DNA of 64,000 bases from Gemmatimonadota bacterium (GCA_040882575.1 JBBEBA010000077.1:3426-67425); one strand, 5' to 3'; counted from the first letter of the stretch, positions 47,238 to 56,700 are shown. Notes: a model not told the origin generated them from the letters alone. Translations and numbers: made by a program.

Positions 47238-48704
47238 TCAGTATGTCGGCATATTCGGGTCGACGGCGCTCGCCCAGCCGTTGATCCCGCCCTTCAGGTT
47301 CCAGACGCGTGCGTAGCCGCGCGCCCGCAGCTGGCGCAGGGCGCCCGCACTGCGGCTGCCAGACCGGCAGTACAGCACGATCTCTGCCGTCGGATCGATC
47401 TCGTCCGCCCGCTCGAGCACGTCGCCGAGCGGAATCAGGCGCGCACCGTACTCGCCGAGGTTGGCAATGTCCCACTCGAACGGCTCCCGCACGTCGACGA
47501 GGAGCAGCGGATCGCCGCGGTCGAGGCGTTGCTTGAGCTCGGTCGATGTGATCTCGGGCACACCCTGCTGAGGCTCGTTCATAGTCGCTCCGGTTCCGCA
47601 GAATTCGTCATAATCGATGAGACCCGTAATGGTCGGATGGTCGCCGCACACCGGGCAATCTGCGTTCCGGCGCAGCTTCAGCTCGCGCCAGCGGAAGGCG
47701 AGTGCGTCGAAGAGGGCGAGGCGGCCGATGAGCGTGTCGCCACGGCCGAGGATGAGCTTGATGGCCTCGAGTGCCTGGAGCGTGCCGATGATGCCGGGCA
47801 TGACGCCGAGCACGCCGCCTTCGGCGCAGCTGGGCACGAGTCCGGGCGGCGGCGGCTCGCGGAACAGGCAGCGGTAGCACGGACCGGTGCGGCCTGTGAA
47901 CACGGAGACCTGTCCCTCGAAGCGCAGGATCGAGCCGTAGACATACGGCTTGCCGAGGAGCACGCAGGCGTCGCTCGTGAGGTAGCGCGTCGGAAAGTTG
48001 TCAGTGCCGTCAATGACGATGTCGTACGGCTCGAGGATCGCGAGCGCGTTGTGCTGCGTCAGCCGTACCGCATGCTTCACGACGTCCACGTGCGGGTTCG
48101 TGTGCCGGATGCGGTCGGCGGCGACATCGAGCTTGCTGCGTCCGACGTCGCTCGTGCCGTACAGCACCTGGCGCTGCAGGTTGCTGAGATCGACTGTGTC
48201 GAAGTCGATGAGGCCGATCGTGCCGACACCGGCCGCAGCCAGGTACAGCGCGACCGGCGAGCCGAGGCCGCCTGCGCCGACGACCGCGACGCGCGCCGCT
48301 CGCAGTTTCCGCTGTCCTTCCAGGCCGACTTCCTTCAGCGACAGGTGCCGCGCGTAGCGGCTCAGCTCGGCCGGCGACAGCTCGGCCGGCGACAGCTCGT
48401 CGTGCGACCTCTCCTCCGCGTCCGTTGCGCCGCCGGCAATGCTCGGCACGATCAGGATGACGTCGCCGGGCTGCGTCGGCGTGCGGCCGCCAGCGGCGAG
48501 TGCGCGCACGTCGTCATCGTTCAGGTACACGCGCACGTAGCCGCGGAGCTCGCCCGCGTCGGTGTACAGGTGCCGGCGCAGGAGGGGGTGTCGGCTGGAG
48601 AGGAGCTGGAGCGCGCTGTCCACGTCGCCGGCGTCCAGCACGACCTCTTCGGCGCCTGCCGTGTAATCGCGCAGCGCCGTCGGGAGCTGCACGCGGACGG
48701 TCAC
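47238..48704 (-). CDS. Fusion protein: CysO/MoaD/ThiS-like ubiquitin-fold sulfur carrier (aa 1-92, ending GG), linker, MoeB/MoeZ-type E1 adenylyltransferase, rhodanese
   Basis: N-terminus MTVRVQLPTALRDYTAGAEEVVL...GYVRVYLNDDDVRAL...GDVILIVPSIAGG follows the CysO pattern. E1 part: RVAVVGAGGLGSPVALYLAAAGVG..LIDFDTVDLSNLQRQ, CYRC...CPVC, PSCAEGGVLG. Rhodanese part: LLVDVREPFEW...LYCRSGSRS. GTG start overlaps the JAMM stop (GTGA). Confidence 0.85.
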   Translation of the reverse strand: MTVRVQLPTALRDYTAGAEEVVLDAGDVDSALQLLSSRHPLLRRHLYTDAGELRGYVRVYLNDDDVRALAAGGRTPTQPGDVILIVPSIAGGATDAEERSHDELSPAELSPAELSRYARHLSLKEVGLEGQRKLRAARVAVVGAGGLGSPVALYLAAAGVGTIGLIDFDTVDLSNLQRQVLYGTSDVGRSKLDVAADRIRHTNPHVDVVKHAVRLTQHNALAILEPYDIVIDGTDNFPTRYLTSDACVLLGKPYVYGSILRFEGQVSVFTGRTGPCYRCLFREPPPPGLVPSCAEGGVLGVMPGIIGTLQALEAIKLILGRGDTLIGRLALFDALAFRWRELKLRRNADCPVCGDHPTITGLIDYDEFCGTGATMNEPQQGVPEITSTELKQRLDRGDPLLLVDVREPFEWDIANLGEYGARLIPLGDVLERADEIDPTAEIVLYCRSGSRSAGALRQLRARGYARVWNLKGGINGWASAVDPNMPTY

Positions 48705-49129
48705 GCGCTGCCCGCTACTGCCGTGACGGGGAGCTCGGAGAAGCCGCTGCGGTCATCGCGCAGCCTCCAGCCGCGCACGGTGCCGAGGTCCGACTGCACG
48801 ATGAGGTAGAGGTATCCGGGAAAGGCGAGGTCGACGTCGGTGCGGGACGGAACCGCCGACTCGGTCGGATGCGAGTGGTAGAAGCCTACCACCTGGAGAC
48901 CGGCACAGGACGCCTGCCGCTCGAGGCGGAGCACGGTGTCCGCATCGATGTGGTACTGCGTCGGCGCGGCCGCTTCGTTGTCCACCGGGATCAACGACCT
49001 GACGTCGATCAGGCGCTCGTCGATCGAGCCGATCAGCGCCCCGCAACACTCCGCCGGCGCCGCCGCGCCAGCCTGCCTGCGCAAGCCGGCAATGATGCGC
49101 GCCGGGATATTCACGGATTTCCTGCTCAT
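48701..49129 (-). CDS. JAMM/MPN+ (Mec+/QbsD-like) zinc metalloprotease
   Basis: 142 aa. AECCGALIG (catalytic Glu) and the complete JAMM motif GFYHSHPTESAVPSRTD (HxHx7Sx2D). Confidence 0.88.
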   Translation of the reverse strand: MSRKSVNIPARIIAGLRRQAGAAAPAECCGALIGSIDERLIDVRSLIPVDNEAAAPTQYHIDADTVLRLERQASCAGLQVVGFYHSHPTESAVPSRTDVDLAFPGYLYLIVQSDLGTVRGWRLRDDRSGFSELPVTAVAGSA

Positions 49130-49204
49130 GAGTTGTGAACGTAGCCGCGTCGCGCGCGCACTGTCAACGGGACAGCGGCACCCGAACGGCGCACTTCCTG
49201 CTCA

Positions 49205-49495
49205 ATGGAGCGCGTGCACTTTCAATCGAACCATGGGGGCCTCGTGAGAGACAAGGATTCGGCCGACGACGTCAGCACGCGCAACGAACGCGCGACGCGC
49301 AACAAGGGACTGCAGCAGGAGCAGCAGCGACTGGAGGATCCGGACGGTCGCTCGCCGCACAGCGCCGCACAGCAGGATGCGCCGGTACCCGAGCGGCCGA
49401 TCACCATCCTCGAGGAGGCGGACGAAGACATTGCGCACCTCGAGAATCCGCCACAGACGGACGGCCCCCGCGAGAAGAACAACGACGCCGTCTAG
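49205..49495 (+). CDS. Small hydrophilic hypothetical protein (~83-96 aa)
   Basis: Strong GC3 bias in this frame, with charged, low-hydrophobicity sequence (RDKDSADDVSTRNERATRNKGLQQEQQRLEDPDG...). Start is uncertain (ATG 49205 or GTG 49244). The stop is embedded in a palindrome. Confidence 0.45.
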   Translation: MERVHFQSNHGGLVRDKDSADDVSTRNERATRNKGLQQEQQRLEDPDGRSPHSAAQQDAPVPERPITILEEADEDIAHLENPPQTDGPREKNNDAV

Positions 49496-49520
49496 TGTCA
49501 GGACACTAGCGGGTCCTGAC
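49492..49520. terminator. Overlapping palindromes between convergent genes (possible bidirectional terminator, no U-tract)
   Basis: CTAGTGTC-AG-GACACTAG (49492-49509) contains both convergent stop codons. An alternative hairpin is GTCAGGAC (49497-504), 8-nt loop, GTCCTGAC (49513-520). Confidence 0.3.
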
Positions 49521-50813
49521 ATGGTCGAGGATCACGGCGGCGCTGCCGGCCGCGCCGCCGAGGCCCGACTGCACGAACGCGCGCGCGGCGATGCCGGCTG
49601 CAGCGCGCGCTGCGTCATCCCCGGCGAAGCGCTGCAGGACCGCGGCGGCGTCCGCGACACCGCGGACCGTGAACCCGCCGCCGGCAGCATCGAGCCGCGC
49701 AGCCTCCTGCGCGTTGCCTAGGCGCGGCCCGTGCACCACGGGCACCCCAAGCGCCGCGGGCTCCACTACCGAATGCAGACCTGCCGAGCCGAAGCCGCCG
49801 CCGACGTATGCAACGCTCGCGATCGCGTACAGGTCCGCGAGCACGCCCACGCGATCCACGATGATTGCACCAGTCGGGGGAAGCGCGACGAGCGAGCCCG
49901 GCGGCGAGTCGCCGGTGGGGAGCCGGGCGTGCGCGATGCCCGCACCAGTGAGGCGCCGTTCGAGCGCTTCGATGTGCGCTGGCGTCGGCTCGTGCGGCGC
50001 GAACACGATGCGCCAGGGAGACGCCGCGAATGACGCCGCCGCCGGACTCGTGAGCGCGTCGACCAGCAACCCCTCGTCCGCCGGCCACGTGCTACCGGCA
50101 ACCAGCCAGCGTACCGCGGTGTCGCGCAACAGCCGCAGCAGCGGGCGGTCGCGATCGAGCGCGTCGACCCGGCGCTGCACCTGGTCGAAGCGCGCATCGC
50201 CGGTGACCGTTATCCGCGCCGGATCGACGCCGAGCGCCGGAAACGTCGCGGCGTCGCCGGCGCCGACGACGCCGACCGCGTCCAGCCTCCGGTACGCGGG
50301 CCGGAGCAGCATCCGCGCTCCGGCTCGCAGCCGGCTCGATCCGGGCGCGAGCACGCCATTCACCAGTACGACCGGGATGTCGCGCGCGTGCGCCTCACGC
50401 ACGAGCACGGGCCAGATCTCCGTGCGCACGAACGCGACGCAGTCGGGCGCGAGAGCGTCGAGCGCGGCGCGCGCATTCGCCGTCGTATCCCACGGCAGGT
50501 AGCCCGACCAGTCGGCGCCGACCCGCGCCGCCACGCGTTCGGCGGACGGCGAGAAGTGCGTGAACACCGACTGCACTGCTGGCTCGCGCTGCTTCAACTC
50601 CGTCAGGATCGCCTGTGCCATCAGTGCCTCGCCGACGGACGGCGCGTGCAGCCACACGAGCGGGCGCCGCGCGTCGCGCGCTGTTTCGGCCCACGCGACG
50701 AGGGCTGGCAATGATGCGCGCCGGCCCACGAGGCCGCGTCGGAGCTTCGGGCTGAACGGGGCGGCGAGGGCGGCTGCAGGCGCGGCGAGCCGCGCGGCCA
50801 GCTCGTAGACCAA
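49506..50813 (-). CDS. waaA: 3-deoxy-D-manno-octulosonic acid (Kdo) transferase
   Basis: PLVWLHAPSVGEALMAQAIL...FSPS... and the C-terminal GT-B GGGFGSAGLHSVVEPAALG.PVV.GP. TTG start 1 nt after the upstream stop. Confidence 0.85.
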   Translation of the reverse strand: MVYELAARLAAPAAALAAPFSPKLRRGLVGRRASLPALVAWAETARDARRPLVWLHAPSVGEALMAQAILTELKQREPAVQSVFTHFSPSAERVAARVGADWSGYLPWDTTANARAALDALAPDCVAFVRTEIWPVLVREAHARDIPVVLVNGVLAPGSSRLRAGARMLLRPAYRRLDAVGVVGAGDAATFPALGVDPARITVTGDARFDQVQRRVDALDRDRPLLRLLRDTAVRWLVAGSTWPADEGLLVDALTSPAAASFAASPWRIVFAPHEPTPAHIEALERRLTGAGIAHARLPTGDSPPGSLVALPPTGAIIVDRVGVLADLYAIASVAYVGGGFGSAGLHSVVEPAALGVPVVHGPRLGNAQEAARLDAAGGGFTVRGVADAAAVLQRFAGDDAARAAAGIAARAFVQSGLGGAAGSAAVILDHVRTR

Positions 50814-50814
50814 C

Positions 50815-51516
50815 TCAGCTGTCCACTGCGATGATCACACCGAGGTGCTCACCGTGCTGCGTTCGGAACGCGTACCGCACCGACCCGAGCAGGTCGTGCA
50901 GCGCGAGGAGGGAGTAGCGGTTCATCTGCATCATCGGCTCCGACACCGGCCGGCTCTGCAGCAGGTTCACCACTGCGTTCACGCCCGGCACGGTCGCACG
51001 CAGACGATGCACGATGTTCCGGATCGGAGGGCAGTCCCGCCCATACGTGACGTGCAGCAGCATGAGTCCGCCGGGGTTCACCATCTGCGACAACCGCGCG
51101 ATCAGCTCCATGCCCGCCCTCACCGGGATATGCTGGAACACCGTGTAGGAGTGGATCAGGTCGTACGTCCCCTCCACCTCGTCGAGGCTGCCGCAGATCT
51201 CGGTGCCGGGGCAGAGGCGCCGTGCCGCAGCGCGCATCGTCGGTGACGCATCCACGCCGACCACGCGTGAGGCTCGATCGGAGAAGGCGCGCAGCATCCG
51301 GCCCACGCCACAGCCGAAGTCCAGCACGGACGCAGGTGTCCAGTCCGGCCGGACTCGCAGCACCGTCGCAACGTGCTGTTCTCCAGTGGAGAAGAACGCG
51401 TCCACGTTCCCGCACTCGCGCTCGTACGGCTCGTAGACGGCGTGGAACGGCTTTGTCCGGGCGAAGTGCTCCCATGCACGGGCGGGATCGGTCGACAGTG
51501 TGTCCGACAGGTTCAT
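50815..51516 (-). CDS. Class I SAM-dependent methyltransferase
   Basis: Internal ATG at 51516. VLDFGCGVGRMLRAF...VVGVDASPTM. Substrate unknown. Confidence 0.78.
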   Translation of the reverse strand: MNLSDTLSTDPARAWEHFARTKPFHAVYEPYERECGNVDAFFSTGEQHVATVLRVRPDWTPASVLDFGCGVGRMLRAFSDRASRVVGVDASPTMRAAARRLCPGTEICGSLDEVEGTYDLIHSYTVFQHIPVRAGMELIARLSQMVNPGGLMLLHVTYGRDCPPIRNIVHRLRATVPGVNAVVNLLQSRPVSEPMMQMNRYSLLALHDLLGSVRYAFRTQHGEHLGVIIAVDS

Positions 51517-51641
51517 GTTCCCAACGTGGCGGGAACCCACGTGAAAATCAAGCAAATAGATGGACCTTCGCCGCACGCGGGCACATATTGCGTCCGGACC
51601 GCTCTGAACCGGTCACCCCCCCAACACCGCTGGGGCCGTGT

Positions 51642-52703
51642 ATGCGCTACATAGGCAACAAGACGCGCCTGCTGGACTTCATCCGCCGCACGCTGCGCGC
51701 GCGCGGCATAGCGGGCGGGCGCGCACTCGACCCGTTCTGCGGCACTGCAAGCGTGGCGCGCGCGCTGAAGCGCTGGCATTTCGGCGTGACGGCGTCCGAC
51801 ATCATGGAGTACGGCTACGTGCTGGCGCGGGCGTACGTGCAGGTGGTCGAGCGCCCGTCGTTCGAGAGCGTTACGCACCACACGGGCAGTCCTGATCTCC
51901 GCAGGGTGCTCGCGCACCTGAATGCACTGCCGCCATCACCCGACTTCATCCATGAGCACTTCTCGCCGGACGGTACGGCCGGCGCCGAGCACGGCCGCAT
52001 GTACTTCACGCCCGCGAATGCGGCGCGGATCGACGCGATCCGTGCGTGTATCGAAACCTGGCGCGCGAGCGGCCTGATCGATGGCGACCAGTTCCACACC
52101 CTGCTGGCGGCACTGATCGAGGCGGCCGATCGCGTGGCGAACACGACGGGCGTGTACGCGGCGTTCGTGAAGACGTGGCAGCCGAACGCGCGGCGGCCGC
52201 TGCAGCTGCGCGTCGCGCCGCACGTGCGAGGCAACGGCTGCCACGCGGTCTACGGCGACGCACTCGCGGTCGTACGCGATGCCGGCCCGTTCCAGCTGCT
52301 CTACCTCGACCCGCCCTACAACGCACGGCAGTACGCCGGCTACTACCACATCCCCGAGCTGCTCGCGCGCGGCTGGTTCGACGGGCCCGTCGTGCTGCGC
52401 GGCAAGACGGGCCTGATCGAGGACGATGCGATACGCAGCGACTGGTGCAGCAGTCGTCGCTGCGAGGCGGCATTCGAGGAGCTCGTCGCGACCGCGCAGT
52501 GCCGGCACATCGTCATGAGCTACAGCGCGGAAGGCCTGATTCCGGAAGCGACGATCGAGCGCGTGCTGAAAGCGCATGGCCGGGCCGCCACATACCGGCG
52601 CTACCGACGCGGGTACCGGCGCTATCGCTCCGATGCCGATGGCGCCGGCCGCCGCTACCGCGGCGATGTCGTGGACGAGTACCTGTACTGCGTCGACTGC
52701 TAG
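51642..52703 (+). CDS. D12-class (Dam-family) N6-adenine DNA methyltransferase, orphan
   Basis: Internal ATG at 51642. MRYIGNKTRLLDFI...ALDPFCGTASV (SAM binding)...LLYLDPPYN (catalytic DPPY). No endonuclease-like neighbour. Confidence 0.8.
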   Translation: MRYIGNKTRLLDFIRRTLRARGIAGGRALDPFCGTASVARALKRWHFGVTASDIMEYGYVLARAYVQVVERPSFESVTHHTGSPDLRRVLAHLNALPPSPDFIHEHFSPDGTAGAEHGRMYFTPANAARIDAIRACIETWRASGLIDGDQFHTLLAALIEAADRVANTTGVYAAFVKTWQPNARRPLQLRVAPHVRGNGCHAVYGDALAVVRDAGPFQLLYLDPPYNARQYAGYYHIPELLARGWFDGPVVLRGKTGLIEDDAIRSDWCSSRRCEAAFEELVATAQCRHIVMSYSAEGLIPEATIERVLKAHGRAATYRRYRRGYRRYRSDADGAGRRYRGDVVDEYLYCVDC

Positions 52704-52825
52704 GCGGACCTGGCCCGGGTTCCGTGCGGGGGCGCCTCCGCCATGGCAGGCACCGACGGCTGGCGGGAGTGCACCGCGGCGGTTAACTACAGACAGTCCC
52801 TGATCACCACCCCCGGAGGCGGCTC

Positions 52826-53419
52826 ATGACGAATCGATCGGCGGCGACGACGCGTCGCACACTCCACCTGCTGGCAGCGGCCGCGCTGGTCACCGCGCTC
52901 AGCGCGCTGCCCGCTGCAGCGCAGACGCCGGGCGCGCGAGCGCAAAGCGCGCCGCAGACGGCGAAGGCGGTCGCGGACGAGCTGCTCCGGCAGTTCGAGG
53001 CGTCGATGTCCAAGTTCATCGCGCTCGCGAACGCGATGCCGGCGGAGAAGTACACGTGGTCACCGGGCGAAGGCGTGATGGAGGTAGGTCACGTGTTCAT
53101 GCACGTGGCGCACTACAACTACGCCTACCCCGACGGCAGCATGGGCGTCGCTGCGCCGGCCGGCCTGGACATGGACGCAATGGAGGCCGTGCGCGCGAAG
53201 GCCGATGTCGTGCGCGCGCTCGAGCAGTCGCGGTCGCACGTGCTGGATGCGGTGCGCGCGATGACGGCCGCCGAGCTGGCCGGGCCGACGCAGCTCTACG
53301 GCCGCGATATCGAGCGGTGGGCAGTGCTGGTTCAGCTGGTTGCACACATGAACGAGCATCTCGGACAGTCGATCGCGTACGCGCGCATGAACGACATCGT
53401 GCCGCCGTGGTCCCGCTGA
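52826..53419 (+). CDS. Secreted DinB-superfamily (four-helix bundle, metal-binding) protein
   Basis: Signal peptide with RR (TTRRTLHLLAAAALVTALSALPAAAQ). His triad context HVFMHVAHYNY...LVAHMNEHLGQ. Confidence 0.75.
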   Translation: MTNRSAATTRRTLHLLAAAALVTALSALPAAAQTPGARAQSAPQTAKAVADELLRQFEASMSKFIALANAMPAEKYTWSPGEGVMEVGHVFMHVAHYNYAYPDGSMGVAAPAGLDMDAMEAVRAKADVVRALEQSRSHVLDAVRAMTAAELAGPTQLYGRDIERWAVLVQLVAHMNEHLGQSIAYARMNDIVPPWSR

Positions 53420-53420
53420 G

Positions 53421-53786
53421 TCAGCTGCGCGCGACGCCGACCGCGAAAAGGACCCAGCCTGCGATCAGCAGTGTTCCGCCGATCGGCGTGATCGCGCCGA
53501 GCCAGCGCGGTCCGCCGAGCGCCAGCGCGTAGACCGTCCCGCCGAAGATCAGCGACCCGGCGACGAACAGCCAGCCGGCGCCGTTCAGCAGGGCGGACGG
53601 CCAGCGCGCGGCGACGAGTCCGAGCAGCACGAGCGCGAGCGCGTGGTACATCTGGTAGCGCGCGGCCGTCTCCCACGTCGCCAGCCGGTCGGGCGTAAGC
53701 CGCGCGGCCAGAGCGTGTGCGCCGAATGCGCCGGCGGCCACTGCCATGGCGGCGGACGCGGCACCGAGCACGATGAAGAGCTTCAC
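53421..53786 (-). CDS. DUF423 (YgdD/TMEM256-like) membrane protein
   Basis: AAGAFGAHAL...YQMYHALALV...GSLIFGGTVY...GGTLLIAGW. GTG start overlaps the kinase stop (GTGA). Confidence 0.85.
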   Translation of the reverse strand: MKLFIVLGAASAAMAVAAGAFGAHALAARLTPDRLATWETAARYQMYHALALVLLGLVAARWPSALLNGAGWLFVAGSLIFGGTVYALALGGPRWLGAITPIGGTLLIAGWVLFAVGVARS

Positions 53787-56700
53787 GCGACCGCGCCCGG
53801 CTGCGCCTGGCCCGCGCCCACGGCATCGACTGCCTGTCGCAGGATCTCGGCAGTGGCGCGCGAACGGGACCGGCGCCCGCGCCCGAGCGAGTCGATCGAC
53901 GCGCTCAACCGCGACATCTCCTCGTCCGCGAGCTCGCGGCTGACGAGCGCGACGACGCGTACGTTCTTCAGCGCGTTCTCGCCGCGCATGACCGCGATCG
54001 CCTCGATGCCATCCACGCCCGGCATCAGCAGATCGATGACCGCGACGTCCGGCGCAATGCGACGCGCCAGGTCGAGCGCCTCGCCGCCGCTAGCCGCCGC
54101 GCGCACGTCGCTGCCCGCCGCGGTCAGCGCCTCGCCGAGGATGCGGCGCACGTCCGGATCATCGTCGGCGATCAGGACCGTGAGGCCCGCGGCCGGTGCT
54201 TCGACGCCCGTGAGCGACGTCGTGACGACCTGTGCCGCGTGCTCGACCGCGAGCGGCTTCGACAGCACGGTCATGATGCCGAGATCGAGCGCGGTTTCGC
54301 CGAGCTCATCGGCGTGCGCGAAGAGGACTATCGGGATACCGGACGTCGCGGGATCGGACTGCAGCGAGGTGAGCGCCCGCCACGCGCCGTGCTCCGGGGA
54401 ACGCGCATCGAGCGCGACGAGCTGCGGCCGCTCCTGGCGCGCGAGCACCACGAGCTGCGACGGATCCGTCGCGCCGAGCACGCGCACTGCCAGGCGCAGA
54501 TCTTCAGCCACGCGCCGCAGCGCGCGCGCATCGTGCGCGAGCAGCACGATCGTCGTCGGCGTCCGCTCTTCCTGCTCGGGCGCGTGCTCATCGACGGCGG
54601 GCAGTGTGAGTGTGAACGTGGAGCCGTGCCCGACCTCGCTCTCGACCGAGATGTCGCCGTTCATGAGACGGGCGAACCGGCGCGCGATGGACAGCCCCAG
54701 TCCCGTGCCGCCGCTCGCGCGCGAGAGGCCGCCCTCTACCTGGTAGAACTCCTCGAAGATGCGCTCCGCCTGATCCTGCGGGATGCCGGGACCGGAGTCC
54801 GCCACGCGGATGGTGACGGCAACGGCGGTCTCGCAGTACGACACGGTGACGGCGCCATGAGCAGTGAACTTCACGGCATTCGACATCAGGTTCACGATGA
54901 TCTGCGTGAGCCGCGTCACGTCGGCGCGAACGATGACCGGCCGCTCGACGGCGGGCTCCTCGACGGTGAGCGTGAGGCCCTTGGACGAAGCGAGCGGCAG
55001 GATCTGCTGCGCTGCGCGCTCGACGACGCTGCCGACCTCGATGTCCACAGCGACGAGATCCATCCGGCCGGCACCGATCTTCGCCAGATCCAGCACCTCG
55101 TTGATCAGGCCGAGCAGGTGCCCGGACGTCTCGCGGACCCGCGTCAGCATGCCGCGCTGGTCATCGTTCAGCGGGCCCTTCACGCCGAGATCGAGCAGGT
55201 CGGAATAGCCCATGATCGCGTTGATCGGCGTGCGCAGCTCGTGACTCATCACGGCGAGGAACTGGTCCTTGGCCTTCGTCGCCTCGCGCAGCTGCTGGTT
55301 GACCTGCTCCAGCACTTCCGCCTGGCGACGCAGCTCGCGGTTCGTGTGCCGCAGCATCTCCGCGTACTGATGCTCGTCCGTCACATCGCGCAGCACCATT
55401 GCGGCGCCGGCCGGCTCCCCGGTCGCGGTCTGGATCGGCCCCGCCGAGCACGACAGGTGGCGCTCCGTGCCCCAGTCCGGACGCACGATGAAGGTAGCCC
55501 GGCGGACACGCTCGCCGCGCATCGCGCGCACCAGCGGGAAGTCGCCCGGACCGAGGGGGCGTCCCTCGATCGATACGAGGTCGAACCGGCTCGGCCATTC
55601 ATCGACGGGCGCCTGCGCCAGCTCCCTGCTCAGCAGCTCCTCGGCCGACTCGTTCGAGCGCTCGAGCCTGCCCTCGGCATCCACGACGATCACGCCATCC
55701 GCCATCTGGTCGAGCACGGCACCGAAGCGCAGCGCCTCGCGCGCCGAACGGCGCCGCTCCGTCTCGAGCGACAGGAACAGTTCCGCCGTGCGTAGCGCGG
55801 CGGATGCGGGCGCCGCGAGCGCCTGCGAGAACGCGATCATCGCGGGCGGGAAACGGCGCGGTCCGGAGAACACCTCCCACGACGCGACGCCGACCGTATG
55901 GCCGGCGACGAGCAGCGGCAACGTTACGGAGGCGACGGCTGAATCGGGACCGCCCGCGCGCGATGACAGCAGCGAGCCCGCGTCGTTCGCGTTCTCCACC
56001 ACGTACGGCTCGCCGGTCGAGACCGCTTCGCCGAGCGACGGCAGCAGCGCGACGGGCGCGCGCACCTGGCGGATGTCTTCCTCGCGCAGCCGCTCCGTGA
56101 TGCCTTCGACGTCGCGAAACACCATCCGCTTGCGGCCAACGAGGAGCTCGCCCTCCTCCTCGAACGTGTACAGCGATGCGATGTCGGCATCGAGGATCTC
56201 GGCGACACCGCCCAGAAACAGCTCGACGACGTCGTCCGGATCCAGCGACGTGGACAGCCGCTGCGCAGCCCGCTGCGCCGCTTCGAGCTGCGCGGCCAGG
56301 TCGCGCGCCTGCTTCGCCCGCTCGCGCGCCTCCGCCGCCGCCATGCGCGCCGCCTCCTCCGCCGCCTGCCGCCGCGCGATCTCCTCCTTCTGCGTGTGGA
56401 TCGTGCGCCTGAGGAAATGCAGGATCACCGATACGGCGAGCGCCAGTGCGAGACCGGCGATCCACGTGGCCAGACGCTCCGCCCGGTAGCCTCGCAGGTC
56501 CGGCGGCGGATACGACAGAGTCACGATCCAATCGGTGTCCGCGACACGCACCGATCGCGTCACCGTCTGCCAGTCGGCGGGCACGATCTGCGTGCTCGAC
56601 AGTCGGACACTGTCCGGACCGTACAGCGCGTGATTGCCGGCCCCGCCGCTGACCGAGTCGAGCGCGGCAGTGGTCGTAGCGGTGCGATAGATGGTGAACG

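Noticed and set aside
47238-49129. Anti-phage ubiquitin-like conjugation system (Bil/CBASS-Cap2/Cap3-type), suggested by E1 plus JAB plus Ubl
   Set aside because: There is no E2-like domain, effector or cyclase gene. The E1 is of the MoeB/MoeZ type and has a rhodanese domain, and the Ubl follows the CysO/MoaD pattern. The evidence favours a sulfur-carrier system, so I report it as that, with the acceptor unknown.
51517-53419. Restriction endonuclease partner for the Dam-class methyltransferase
   Set aside because: The neighbouring ORFs are confidently a SAM methyltransferase (divergent) and a DinB-fold protein. No unexplained ORF of suitable size exists on either strand.
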